A stretch of DNA of 64,000 nucleotides from a virus (taxonomy: Duplodnaviria > Caudoviricetes), in IMG/VR virus record IMGVR_UViG_3300035208_002098, positions 32,001 to 96,000 of that record; one strand, written 5' to 3'. Each line of letters opens with the position of its first letter. Within the stretch, counting starts at the first letter, position 1. Below the pieces are notes generated by a model, which was not told the DNA's origin, did no database searches, and was given only the letters and a program-made list of their open reading frames with translations. Below, piece by piece: positions 12,247 to 22,745 of the stretch. The position numbers and the translations under genes are program-made.

Positions 12247-13479
12247 TCAACTAGTGGTGTACTTTTTGTGCCTATCAATGTCGCTTTCCATGTGAACTAT
12301 ATCTATCTCTTTAGGTATAGATACTTCGGAAGTCAATACTCCTACTAACGTAGGCAGCTCGTTCCGATTTTTAAGTCTAAGTTCCTTAGACAAGTTTATT
12401 AATGCGAATGATTTGATATTGTTGCTTGCTAACAAGTCTCTATTGTGTGTTGTATGACAAGATTGACAAGTCCAAATTCTATCACTAAGTTTTAATTCTT
12501 TGTTTACCACACCACAAGTGCACATTCTACTACTTGGTTCAAATTGACCTATACGTAATTGATTACAACCATACCACTCAGATTTATAATCAAGCATTTC
12601 ATTGAATTTGCCAATAGCAATATCTGATAATGCTTGAGCAAGTTTATGATTCTTAATCATATTACTTGGTTTTAGTGTTTCAAGGCAAATAGTATCATAA
12701 TTTGTAGTTAAGTAATGACTTATTTTGTGCAAGAAATCCTCACGTTTATTAGCAACTTGTTCATGTAACAAAGCTATTCTTTCTTTTGTTCTTTTACCTT
12801 TAAATCTTGAATATTTACTTTGAGTGTATTTTAATTTACTCATAGCTTTTTTAAGATATTTAGGGTTTTCAATTTCTATCCCATTAGATAATACAGCAAA
12901 TGTTTTAATTCCTAAATCAATTCCAATAGCTTGGTTTTCACTAATTGGTTTCTTGGTAGGTATTTCTTCATTAACTTCTACTAATATAGAAATATAATAC
13001 TTCCCAGTAGGTGTTTTACTGATTGTAGATGTTTTTATAATTCCGTCAAAAACTCTATGTAATTTTACTCTTATCCCTTTTTTGAATTTAGGTATGTGTA
13101 TTTCTTCGTTACACAAGTCAATTTTTGTATGTTGTGGTATACTGAAAGATTGTGAATTATTGTGCTTTGATTTGAAGTTAGGGAATCCTTTTTTATCTCT
13201 AAAGAATTTAGTAAATGCGTTGTCTAAATTTTCTAAAGCTGATTGTAATGTTTGTGAATTAACTTCTTTCAACCAACAAGTGGCTTCATTATTTTTAAGA
13301 ATAGGTAAATTCTTTTGAATATCAAATCGACTAATAGTTTTCTTATCTAACTGATATGATTTAACTTTAAGGTCTAACCCATAATTGTAAATATAACGGC
13401 TACAACCAATGTGCATAGCAATTAGCTGCTTTTGTTCTTTGGTTGGATATAGACGATATTTATAAGCTTTATAAATCAT
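12247..13479 (-). CDS. tnpB: RNA-guided nuclease TnpB (IS200/IS605 OrfB), catalytic triad intact
   Basis: KAYKYRLYP HTH, GIDLGIK (D), ICLETL (E), CTCG...CQSC, RDLLASNNI (D). Start inferred at MIYKAY. Confidence 0.95.
   Translation of the reverse strand: MIYKAYKYRLYPTKEQKQLIAMHIGCSRYIYNYGLDLKVKSYQLDKKTISRFDIQKNLPILKNNEATCWLKEVNSQTLQSALENLDNAFTKFFRDKKGFPNFKSKHNNSQSFSIPQHTKIDLCNEEIHIPKFKKGIRVKLHRVFDGIIKTSTISKTPTGKYYISILVEVNEEIPTKKPISENQAIGIDLGIKTFAVLSNGIEIENPKYLKKAMSKLKYTQSKYSRFKGKRTKERIALLHEQVANKREDFLHKISHYLTTNYDTICLETLKPSNMIKNHKLAQALSDIAIGKFNEMLDYKSEWYGCNQLRIGQFEPSSRMCTCGVVNKELKLSDRIWTCQSCHTTHNRDLLASNNIKSFALINLSKELRLKNRNELPTLVGVLTSEVSIPKEIDIVHMESDIDRHKKYTTS
12292..12400 (-). ncRNA. Probable TnpB omega-RNA scaffold / right end, ending GTTCAC at 12292
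   Basis: Hairpins CCTAC-GTTA-GTAGG and TATCTAT..ATAGATA followed by TTCAC, typical of IS605-family right ends. Confidence 0.55.
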
Positions 13480-14041
13480 AATGCAAATATACAAATAATT
13501 TTTGTATAAACCAAGTTTTTTTAGTTAATAATTGTTTTATTCTTACATCATGATTAAAACAAAAACGATAACCATTTACCTCATTAAGTTCTATTAATTT
13601 AATATCAGCTACCTCATCTTTTTCAGAATTATTAGTGTTAAATTCATTAATCATTTGAAATAAAGTTTCTTTCGAAGTTATTATATCAAACTGATAATAT
13701 AATGTAACATTTTGTTTATTAGTTATTTTTTCAGTAATAACAAATTTTGGTTGTTCATTATATTTAAAATCATATTTATCAATGTCTAACCCAGTTTCTT
13801 CATATATTTCCCTTTTAGCTGCATTAGCACCAGATTCATCCCAATCTAAATACCCACAAGGTAAATTCCAATACCCTTGAAAATCTGGTGTACCGGTTCC
13901 ACGTTTATTAATCAATACATATGACTTATTTTTAACTTTCACATTAACTAAAGCAACAACAGCAACACTTCTTGATATCCAATATTCTATACCATCTGAT
14001 ATGATACATTTATTTGGTGTGTTATTAAATTTCTTTCCCAT
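13469..14041 (-). CDS. NUDIX hydrolase
   Basis: GYLDWDESGANAAKREIYEETGL Nudix box. Confidence 0.9.
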   Translation of the reverse strand: MGKKFNNTPNKCIISDGIEYWISRSVAVVALVNVKVKNKSYVLINKRGTGTPDFQGYWNLPCGYLDWDESGANAAKREIYEETGLDIDKYDFKYNEQPKFVITEKITNKQNVTLYYQFDIITSKETLFQMINEFNTNNSEKDEVADIKLIELNEVNGYRFCFNHDVRIKQLLTKKTWFIQKLFVYLHYDL

Positions 14042-14409
14042 TATTGATTTAATTTAACTAATAATTCATTATATTCATCTTCAGTACCAACAAAATGAAT
14101 GTAAAACTCATTTGTTTTATCGGTATGGTCTGAAATGTCATGTTCTATCCAACCTTGCTGTTTCATTAATAGCGTTAATGCTCTCACACTTTCTAACCTT
14201 AATTTATCGTTTGTGTAATATTCAATCATTAATTGGGCGTTATCAATACCATATTGTATATAATCATCGTTTTTAAATATCGGTGAATTTTTAGTGGTTG
14301 ATTCATGTAATTTACCTAATTGGTAAGAAAAGAAATCACGTAATTCAGATTTTTCTAATCCAATATGTACTTCATTATCTTTCATATTATTCAGTTTTAT
14401 TTGTTTCAA
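14041..14409 (-). CDS. Hypothetical protein
   Basis: Overlapping operon ORF. Confidence 0.5.
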   Translation of the reverse strand: MKQIKLNNMKDNEVHIGLEKSELRDFFSYQLGKLHESTTKNSPIFKNDDYIQYGIDNAQLMIEYYTNDKLRLESVRALTLLMKQQGWIEHDISDHTDKTNEFYIHFVGTEDEYNELLVKLNQ

Positions 14410-14992
14410 AAATTATTGATGTATTACACGTGATTACTTGGCTTTTAATATCTTTTTCAGTACAAATAACATACGATGCGTATTTTATTAAATCATTGTG
14501 TGATGATTGATGTGAACTAATTGCATCGAATCGTGCTTGATTATCACCATCACGTTTCATAACTCTATTATACCTAATTAATAAATCATTCTTTTCATCA
14601 TATGATGCTATAACTGATATTACTTTATCAAATCGTTTATCTAAACCAACCTCTAACCCTTGTGCACATTCAACTATAATATACGGACTTGTTTGTTGAG
14701 AATACCAATAGTTTAATTCACCAAAAATTAATTTACCCATGAAATGTTGTATGGTATCCCTCTTATATTTATTTTTGAAGAATATATCTAAATATTTATG
14801 GTTTAATTTATAATTATCGGTAAAACAATCATGTCCAAGTACATCACGATACATATTTTGAACTGATTCATTAGTTAGTAATAAATTTCTATTAACGGTA
14901 TCAAAGTTAAATATAGGTATACCAAGCTCTTCAAATATTTTTGAAACTGTTGTTTTACCAGCACCAATACCACCAACTAATAATACTTTCAT
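14387..14992 (-). CDS. coaE: Dephospho-CoA kinase
   Basis: GGIGAGKTTVS P-loop, LGIPIFNFD, IIVE, RVMKRDG, ISSHQ. Confidence 0.85.
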   Translation of the reverse strand: MKVLLVGGIGAGKTTVSKIFEELGIPIFNFDTVNRNLLLTNESVQNMYRDVLGHDCFTDNYKLNHKYLDIFFKNKYKRDTIQHFMGKLIFGELNYWYSQQTSPYIIVECAQGLEVGLDKRFDKVISVIASYDEKNDLLIRYNRVMKRDGDNQARFDAISSHQSSHNDLIKYASYVICTEKDIKSQVITCNTSIIFETNKTE

Positions 14993-15207
14993 TTATTGTA
15001 AACTTTTCATGTTTTCTCGTTCAACACCTCTACGAAATTGTTTGTCTTTTTCACAAGTGAATTTTTCGTAAACTTTTATTACGGCACCATCTAATGTTAC
15101 CACTGCTTTGTTTTCTTCGAATTTAGTTTTATACTTTTTCATATTAAATATTTTTTACAAAGTTACTTTATTTATTTCTATTTTTCAAGGTATTAATAAA
15201 ATATAAT

Positions 15208-18200
15208 TTAATTTACTATTAAAATCCCATTTTCAACTGTAAATTGATTATATATTAATATAACATTATTAAACTCTATCATAGCAAAATCATTCACATA
15301 ACTTTCTTCACTAATATCATATCGTGTTACGATTATTTTTAAAGGATTTACAGCTCTTTCATCATCTGATATAAGTTGAATACATTTATATTTATATTGG
15401 CGTTCTAACGCTTTATTTTTAAATAAATAATTTATTGCGTTTATAACACTTTGTATTCTAATATCATTACATCTAACGTTAATACATTCATCATTAAATT
15501 TATTTAAGTTATAAATACTAGACATTATATTTATAGGAACCAAAAAATATCCGGGTATATCAATTTCTTCGTACTGTCGTTCACGTAAATTACCTTGTGG
15601 CATCATAACAAATTGGTTACGATTATTCAGTTCATTAAAATGTTTATTAACGATAGCTTGATAATGGGGATAAGAAATAGTAACAGTAAAAATTGGTATA
15701 TATTCCACAAAGCAATTTATTATAACCCATTACCTTTAACTAACTTAAAGATAACACCACATTTATTACATGAGCGTGAATCACTAGTTTTATAACTATG
15801 ATATCCGGGTCCTAAAACACCATTATTTTCATAAGTACTATTATCAGATATATTTTTAGATTTACAAACCGGACATTTAATAACTAATTTTGGTTCTTCT
15901 TTTTTAATACGATTATCAATTTTTAAATTATCTGGGTTAGAAAAATATTCATTAATAGTCGTTGCTGCCGATACTGGGTCATAATCTTTTGTATAAAAGC
16001 TTTTTTCTATTAATTCTAGTGGAATAAGTTTATCTAAAGCACTTGGTATTTTACCAATAAATGGTTTACCAATAGTACGTTCAATCGGTTCTATTTTTTT
16101 CTTTGACATAATTAATATCGATAATTGTTATTATTAAAATTATTTGTGTCCATATCTGCATCAAACTCATTAGTAACAGCCCAATAGAATATACCTACAC
16201 AAGCTAAGAATACTAATATATAGACTATTACAGCATTCCCACGCATTTTAAATATTCGTGATACTGCATCAATTACTGTATACCCATCACGCATTACTTT
16301 AGAACAAATTAATACGTTACCATTACCTTTTTTCGGATATTGTTTTGGTGATTCATTTGTTATGTTTGGCATCCAAAGAATTAAATCCATGTTCATTTCA
16401 TGTGGTAAACTATCTAATGTACCACCATTAATCACTTCAGTTATTTCTAATTGATTTGCTATTTTAGTAACTACTGACGAACTCTTTGGTTCATCACCAA
16501 AATTACCACCTACAATTAAAGTTTGTATATTTTTATTTATTACCATTGTATTGAGAATGAGATTAAACCATGTATTTTTTTGAATGAAAAGAATTTCTCT
16601 TTTGGTTTACTAAATTGTTTATGATAGTTAATTAGACGTAACCACATTTGGAAATCTTCTTTTTCTTTAACCGTTAATTTACTATTTAATGTTTCAAAGA
16701 TATCTCTAGTTATTTTAGAATCATTTGAAACCGTAATTAATTGTGATGCGTTAAATTGTTCCATTATCATATTTTTTAAATAATTCTTTTAATTTAATAT
16801 TGGTATTTGACTGACATCTATCAAACATGTCATCAATAGAACTACTAATTTCTCGTTTAAATTCAATTATTTGTCCATAATACACAGTGTATGTAAAAGA
16901 TAATGACAATTTAAATGAATATTCATCATAGATTAAACCACCGCTTACTTCGCTAAAATAAAATATAATACCATTGGATTGTAATCTAATAAGATATTCC
17001 TTTATTCCGTGTAATAAATACTGTGTGTATTTATTTGGGTCCAAAATTCTATTTATAAAATTAATATTAACTTCATCAATAATCTTATCAATACCAGTAT
17101 CAACTTTATTATATTCATCTAAGTTTGAATTACTTATGTAACACCTACCTTGATTACTTATTTTAATTGCTAAATCAATCATGTTTTATTTATGTTTTAA
17201 TAATTCTGGGTTTTGATGAATATTACCAACCACAATAACATATGATTTAAGTGGAACTAATTTATATTCTCTTATTTGTTTACCATGATTATATTTAGAA
17301 CCATTTCTAGTACAAAAACAACCATTATAGAATATAACCTCACAATTAATTGTAGTACCGTTATTACCATCTTTACAAGCAACTATATCACCATCATAAA
17401 TTTTAGTACCTTTACGGTCATCAACACCAGTATACTGACCTAATGTTTGATAAAGTATATCAGTAAATTGGTTAAATTGGTCACCACAAGGGTCTGACAT
17501 TGTTGGGTTTGTTTGTATAAACTCTACAATTTGATGACAACATTTAGCTGCGTTATAATGTGGGTAACCATAATGCCACGCACCATCATTTAAACCCCGA
17601 TAGTCAATTTCTCTTTTCATTATTTCCAAGAATATTTAATTTTAAAATCCCAATCACCGATAAAACGTTTTCTAAATACTTGTTTAGCTTTTTGTATTAC
17701 ATCTTCTGGTGTGTCAAATCTATATGTTGGTTCATCAACATCATAATCTTCAAATCTTTTAGCATGTAATGTTTTATCTGATTGTGTAATCATTCTATTA
17801 AGTTCAATAGTCCAATTTACCCAACCAATTGGAAAATCACCATCCGCAAATGTATTCCATGTTTTACCATCAGTACCTTCAAATTCTACATCAGCACCCT
17901 CAAAGGTAAGTTTACCATAATAATGGATTGCATCACCAGATATACCACGATATGAAGTTATGTTAAGAGTAACTTTTCTTTTTGTGTTTTTACGTACACT
18001 TTCTAAACTAGCTGTGTATACTCTTTCACCTTTAGTAAATTGGTCACCATGTTTTACTGAATGGTAATCAATTGTATCAGGAGCATTTTCTTTTGAATCG
18101 TCACCAAATATAACTCTTTTCTTAAAATAGATAATAATCTCATCATCACCATCTAATATTTCAACATTATCAAAATCTTTCTCTTCCTCAACTTCTTTGA

Positions 18201-19314
18201 TAACTTCAACTGATTTTTGATTTTCATCATATAATAATTCACCGGTTATTTTATTAACCCAATAATAATTAAAATAATCGTCTTCATCTGGTTCATCGTG
18301 TTCTTTAACGATATATTCAGTGCCATCTTCATCCCAAACAGTTACTACAATAGCGTTTTGATTTCTATTTTTAATAGCATCGATTAAATCAATACCAGTA
18401 ATAACACTTTCAACGCCTCTGTGATGTAAGTACATTGCGTATCGACATTTATATGATTTATTAGACATAATATATTATTTTAAATTAAACATATGCAAAG
18501 ATAAATAAAATAAATGATAATACCAAATATATTATGATTTATTTTTTAATTTACGTTTTTGGCCATGATATTCAATACCTTTAAAACTATTTTTATCAAA
18601 ACCATGTGATTCAATTTTAATTAAATCAGTGATTTCTTCTTTTTTTAATTTTATTTCTTCATCGGTTAGGAAAGAATATTGTTTTTCATATCGAGCCCAT
18701 TTTTTATATCGTCTGTCATTTAATTGTTTACGGTGTCTATCTTCTCGTTTAAGACGATGATATTCTTTATCGTTAACATCATCAAAATGTTTCCAAAAAC
18801 CACTTACAACTATTCTAGCCCAACGTCTAGGATTATCACGCCAAGTTAAATTGTTTTTAATTTCACCAGTTTCATTATGATGATAACCTTCAGCATAATC
18901 ATATGATTCGAATGTTACACCATTACTAGTATCTTTTTTACGTTTACGATATCTTTTTTTATATTCAGGATTTATTTGGATGTTACCTTTATCATCAACA
19001 ATGTACTCGCTTGGATAGCTAGAATATCCCCAGCTTTGGTGTTGGTTAAAGTTATCTAGAAATTCATATTGTTCATAAACTTTAACTTGATTACAATAAT
19101 AACTAAAGGCTTTATCAAATGATTTACCTAAGAATTTTTTAATAACTCTTTCTGCTTTAACCCAAGGGTAATCACTTTTTTCACTTCTATAATGTGGATG
19201 GTCAAAACGTGGTAAATCCCACATATCACCATATTTTCTAGTAATATAAGCTTTTCTACCTTCTTTGAATGGAAGAGTTTCTAATATTTCAATATGTTGT
19301 TCCATGTAATACAT
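15208..19314 (-). other. Block of hypothetical ORFs (15208-15708, 15720-16109 zinc-ribbon, 16112-16546, 16540-16770, 16751-17182, 17620-18468, 18532-19314)
   Basis: Co-oriented ORFs. 15720 has CPVC..CNKC. Confidence 0.6.
17186..17629 (-). CDS. YopX-family phage protein
   Basis: REIDYRG, TLGQYTGVDDRKGTKIYDGDIV, VVGNIHQNPELL. Confidence 0.85.
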   Translation of the reverse strand: MEIMKREIDYRGLNDGAWHYGYPHYNAAKCCHQIVEFIQTNPTMSDPCGDQFNQFTDILYQTLGQYTGVDDRKGTKIYDGDIVACKDGNNGTTINCEVIFYNGCFCTRNGSKYNHGKQIREYKLVPLKSYVIVVGNIHQNPELLKHK

Positions 19315-19328
19315 TATTATAAATAGAT

Positions 19329-19353
19329 AAAAAAAATGGTAGCTTACCTACCA
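19329..19353 (-). terminator. Intrinsic terminator closing the ncRNA cluster
   Basis: TGGTAG-GTAAG-CTACCA followed by T7 on the minus strand. Confidence 0.6.
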
Positions 19354-19438
19354 GCACGAGTCTGAAACGCTCCGAGTGTCTACCCAGCCACACCGGTCTC
19401 CAACCAGTTGTCTATCAGGTACTTAATTGTGGCAATCG

Positions 19439-19570
19439 TGGGGGAACAGGCATCGAACCTGTATTTACACTTTGGACTGTCGTGCAATTATTACGCATTT
19501 CGTGGCACCATTCTGTCCTAGACTCGGCTTATCCATACGTTATAGTGTCTACCAATTCCACCATCTCCCC
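19439..19570 (-). ncRNA. tRNA-shaped RNA with about 82-nt insert
   Basis: GGGGAGA-TG-GTG GAATTGGTAGA CAC...ACAGG TTCGATG CCTGT-TCCCCC. Confidence 0.6.
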
Positions 19571-19675
19571 AAATGTAGTCTTTTCCTACAGTCAACGTTA
19601 ACCTATTGCAGTCTAAACGTATGTGAGTTCCTCCGATTTGAAAGGTGTCGCTTAACTCATTCGTGCATATCCTTG

Positions 19676-19803
19676 TAGGATGAATAGGATTCGAACCTAT
19701 AATGTGTTGCCCGTAAGACGCTTGGTTGCGGAGCAGTGCTATTTCACAACGCTTACTCTATTACTCTCTCAGGACTCGTGTATACCAATTCCACCACCAC
19801 CCT
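19676..19803 (-). ncRNA. tRNA-shaped RNA with about 77-nt insert
   Basis: AGGGTGG/TCATCCT acceptor, GTG GAATTGGTATA CAC D-arm, ATAGG TTCGAAT CCTAT T-arm. Confidence 0.65.
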
Positions 19804-20026
19804 ATTTTGCTTTACATTGAGATTACATATAAAGTCTAGTTATTATCGGTTTTCTTTCTTTCAATAAACCTGCCACACTTCTGTTGTTTAAAAAAGTCAA
19901 ACTACTTGGAGCCTCTGTTACCTAGCTTTTATTCCCAACGAAACTGGCGTTTAAGGATGTCCAGTTCAATACCCTACCCATTGTTATAAGTCTTGGGTTA
20001 AAGACCACTTGTACCTCTTACAATTG

Positions 20027-20097
20027 TGCTGCGAATAGGACTCGAACCTACATCCTGAAGTATTTCCCTCCCTGTTCTACCATTAAACTACCGCATC
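20027..20097 (-). tRNA. Degenerate tRNA (non-canonical anticodon loop GGAAATA)
   Basis: Normal-length cloverleaf with GTTT AATGGTA GAAC and GTAGG TTCGAGT CCTAT, but lacks U33 and has stem mismatches. Confidence 0.5.
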
Positions 20098-20252
20098 ATT
20101 GTTGACTCGACTTTAGCCCAGTCTTTTATATAAGCATATAGGTTATATATCTTATATGGCTACCTAGAATTATGTCTAGCTCACATCTAGGGGACTCAAC
20201 CTTTACACTTGAATCAGAGGTGGTTGGTACTATTCATTATGTGTTAGAGACA

Positions 20253-20294
20253 GTTGTTTTAAAAATATATCTTAATTTGAAATCTATTTACAAC
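20253..20294 (-). repeat. Solitary CRISPR-repeat-like unit, copy 2
   Basis: Plus strand GTTGTTTTAAAAATATATCTTAATTTGAAATCTATTTACAAC (42 nt, GTTG/CAAC ends). Confidence 0.6.
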
Positions 20295-20508
20295 CCATTC
20301 CACCACATCACCATTTAATCTTTAAAAATACTACATCTGGTTAAGTGTTCGCCTCCACTGTTCACCAATTATTGAGTGCCTTACTGTAAAAGTAGGTGAC
20401 CCATTTTACACCCCCGATATCGGTAAACGACCTCCTAATCAGGTTAATATAGTATAAAGTTTTAAAAAGAATCATTATGTTTAGGTTTTTGTTACTATTA
20501 ATTAGAGT

Positions 20509-20550
20509 GTTGTTTTCAAAATATACCTTAATTTCAAACCTATTTACAAC
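20509..20550 (-). repeat. Solitary CRISPR-repeat-like unit, copy 3
   Basis: Plus strand GTTGTTTTCAAAATATACCTTAATTTCAAACCTATTTACAAC (42 nt). Confidence 0.6.
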
Positions 20551-20900
20551 GATACTCCCCTTTCGGCATGTAACTCGCTCAACCATGCATAAGATTCTCT
20601 ATATTTTAAAAACCATTAGTCTTGTGATGAATAAACTTCAATGTGCGGTGGGTAGCAAACTCGGCTTCTTTTCAGATAACTTATACTGTTTATATTGTCA
20701 CTAACATGAATCACAACTTCATATATAATAAGTAGTTCTTGCATACTATTTGGTTGGTATGTAGGCTGAAAGCCAGCTTTAGCAACGCTCTTATTATTGT
20801 TAGCTCCAATCTAATGGTTAATATTTAAAAGGGGTTACTCAATGGAACACTATATATTTGTCATAGCTCTTATCACTGTATTAACTTCACCCCAATTTTA

Positions 20901-20912
20901 TGTCAATGAACT
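20901..20912 (-). promoter_or_regulatory. boxA-like motif AGTTCATTGACA, second copy
   Basis: Identical to 561-572. Confidence 0.55.
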
Positions 20913-20917
20913 AATTG

Positions 20918-21050
20918 TGCCCGTAGGAGGACTCGAACCTCCATGGTTTTGTTTTATATCATCACGTTAATGACTTTATTATAAACCGTATCCCACGTTC
21001 AAGGCTTGCAATCCCATCCTGTGTAGCTTTACCAATTTGCTTATACGGGC
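20918..21050 (-). ncRNA. tRNA-shaped RNA with about 82-nt insert
   Basis: Perfect GCCCGTA/TACGGGC acceptor, AGC AAATTGGTAAA GCT D-arm, GGAGG TTCGAGT CCTCC T-arm. Confidence 0.7.
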
Positions 21051-21061
21051 ATTTATTTTGA

Positions 21062-21167
21062 TGGTCTATTAGGATTCGAACCTAAGTAAATGCTACCATC
21101 AGAGCTTATCCCTACTCTCACATTTACTTTCTACTCTCCATTCCCAGTTGATAGTTCGTGCACAGAC
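21062..21167 (-). ncRNA. T-arm-containing structured RNA ending in ACCA
   Basis: TTAGG TTCGAAT CCTAA TAGACCA at the 3' end, GTCTG 5' end, internal AAGTAAATG/CATTTACTT stem. Confidence 0.45.
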
Positions 21168-21195
21168 AAATCAACCTTCTGTAGATATACACCCA

Positions 21196-21441
21196 TTATT
21201 TAATAGGTAGTTTATTTAAATATTCTATTAAACCACCAACGTTTTTAATTGCTTCAGCATCTTCATCAGAAATATTTACTTTAAGCTCCTTTTCTATACG
21301 CATTACTAATTCTATACCATCAATACTATCGAAACCTAAATCATTATAGAAATCGGCATTATCAACAATATCTTCTAATTCAAGGCCACTATAATCAAGT
21401 ATAATACCCCTAACTTTTTTTCCTAATTCTTCTTTATTCAT
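21196..21441 (-). CDS. acpP: Acyl carrier protein
   Basis: Acidic 81 aa, DLGFDSIDGIELVMRIEKEL...ISDEDAEAI with the phosphopantetheine Ser. Confidence 0.9.
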   Translation of the reverse strand: MNKEELGKKVRGIILDYSGLELEDIVDNADFYNDLGFDSIDGIELVMRIEKELKVNISDEDAEAIKNVGGLIEYLNKLPIK

Positions 21442-21492
21442 ATTAAATTTACATTCTTCAATTAACTCATCACATATTTTTGTCGCTTTAAA

Positions 21493-21530
21493 TTTTCAAA
21501 ATATACCTTAATTTGAAATCTCTTTACAAC
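21493..21530 (-). repeat. Solitary CRISPR-repeat-like unit, copy 4
   Basis: Plus strand TTTTCAAAATATACCTTAATTTGAAATCTCTTTACAAC, 22 nt from the promoter box at 21553-21560. Confidence 0.6.
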
Positions 21531-21600
21531 TGCATTATGTTTGATTATAATGCAAAGATAATATAAAAAATTAACATATTCAAGTAAAACGGTAAATATT

Positions 21601-22558
21601 TTATCCGTGAATTAAAGTTTTTTTAGGCTCCGATTTAACTACTTTATTGTTATTATAAGAATTACCTTTAAATAACATACTACATAAGAAATTAAGTTCC
21701 CATGCTTGGAATAATGTTATTGTTTTAAGACCGAATAATGTTGGCATTAACCAATCCCATAATAACATAACCGGAATAGATGATAATGCAGCTACTAATA
21801 CTATAAGTATAATACCACCTAAAAACCCAGTTATACCGAGTATAATGTTTTCTTTCATTTGTTTTAATTTATTTTAAAATTTTAATTGCTTTTCTAATAT
21901 TTTTAATTGTAATTGTTCTTTCTTTATTCCACTTGATAAACTTATCTTCTACCCATTGTTCGGTACCGCTTCTTTTATACCTAGTGTAAAATTTTTTACG
22001 GTCATCTAATAATTTATTTAAATGTTCCTCTAATATTTGTATAGCTGTCATATTACGTTATTTATATAATCTATCTCTATTATATTTGACAATATCATTT
22101 ATTGGTAAATAATTTTCTTTAATTAATTCTAAAGAATTTGGTTCGTCAATATATTGATTTACAATTTCAGCGAATTTAATATTTGATTCAGTAATTTCAT
22201 CATATGTACCATCAATACATTCTAATATAGCTTCTTCATATTCACTAATAAACATATCAGTATGAAAACCATTTAACCCATATTTTTCAACAAATTGATG
22301 TGCGTAGCACCAAATACAGATACATATTTTTTCACGTAATAAATATACCAAATTTGAATCTACTATAAATCTATCAAAACCATATAATCCATCACCACAA
22401 CCATGACCTAACATAATAATTCTATCATGTTCTTTGATTAGTTTCTTCAAACCAGAATTTGATGGATTCCAGTCAATGACTTCCCAACCCTTGTTAGCAT
22501 ATATAGCTTTTAAGAAATCGGTTGATGTATCTTTTGGATGTATAACTAATGTTTTCAT
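21601..22558 (-). other. Hypothetical ORFs (21601-21858 membrane, 21869-22051, 22058-22558)
   Basis: Co-oriented ORFs. 22058 has MLGHG...CIWC, a possible His/Cys dyad. Confidence 0.55.
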
Positions 22559-22745
22559 TATATATAATTTAATTACTTATGCAAATATAATACTATTATT
22601 TAATATATCCAAATATTTTATTAAATATTTTTAAAAAGGTAAATATTCTTTTTTAGGTATTGGTTCTAATTTAGTTCTTAATTCACTAGAAGTTATAAAT
22701 AATTTACCAATCCAGAAACCATAGCTACCACCATTATCGGCAACC

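Larger units (their letters stand above)
19329..21190 (-). ncRNA. About 1.9-kb non-coding RNA cluster (tRNA-like and stem-closed units)
   Basis: GC-enriched, no credible ORF, five T-arm motifs. Units 20468-20598, 20611-20819 and 20831-20893 have complementary ends and TTTAAAATAT-type linkers. Confidence 0.7.

Noticed and set aside
19439-21050. tmRNA or intron-containing tRNAs
   Set aside because: Units are about 130 nt, with no tag ORF, no group I core and no recoverable split anticodon stem
20253-21530. A conventional CRISPR array
   Set aside because: Copies are 214 and 942 nt apart (and about 20 kb for copy 1), with no uniform spacers and no cas genes. No tracrRNA anti-repeat was found by eye.
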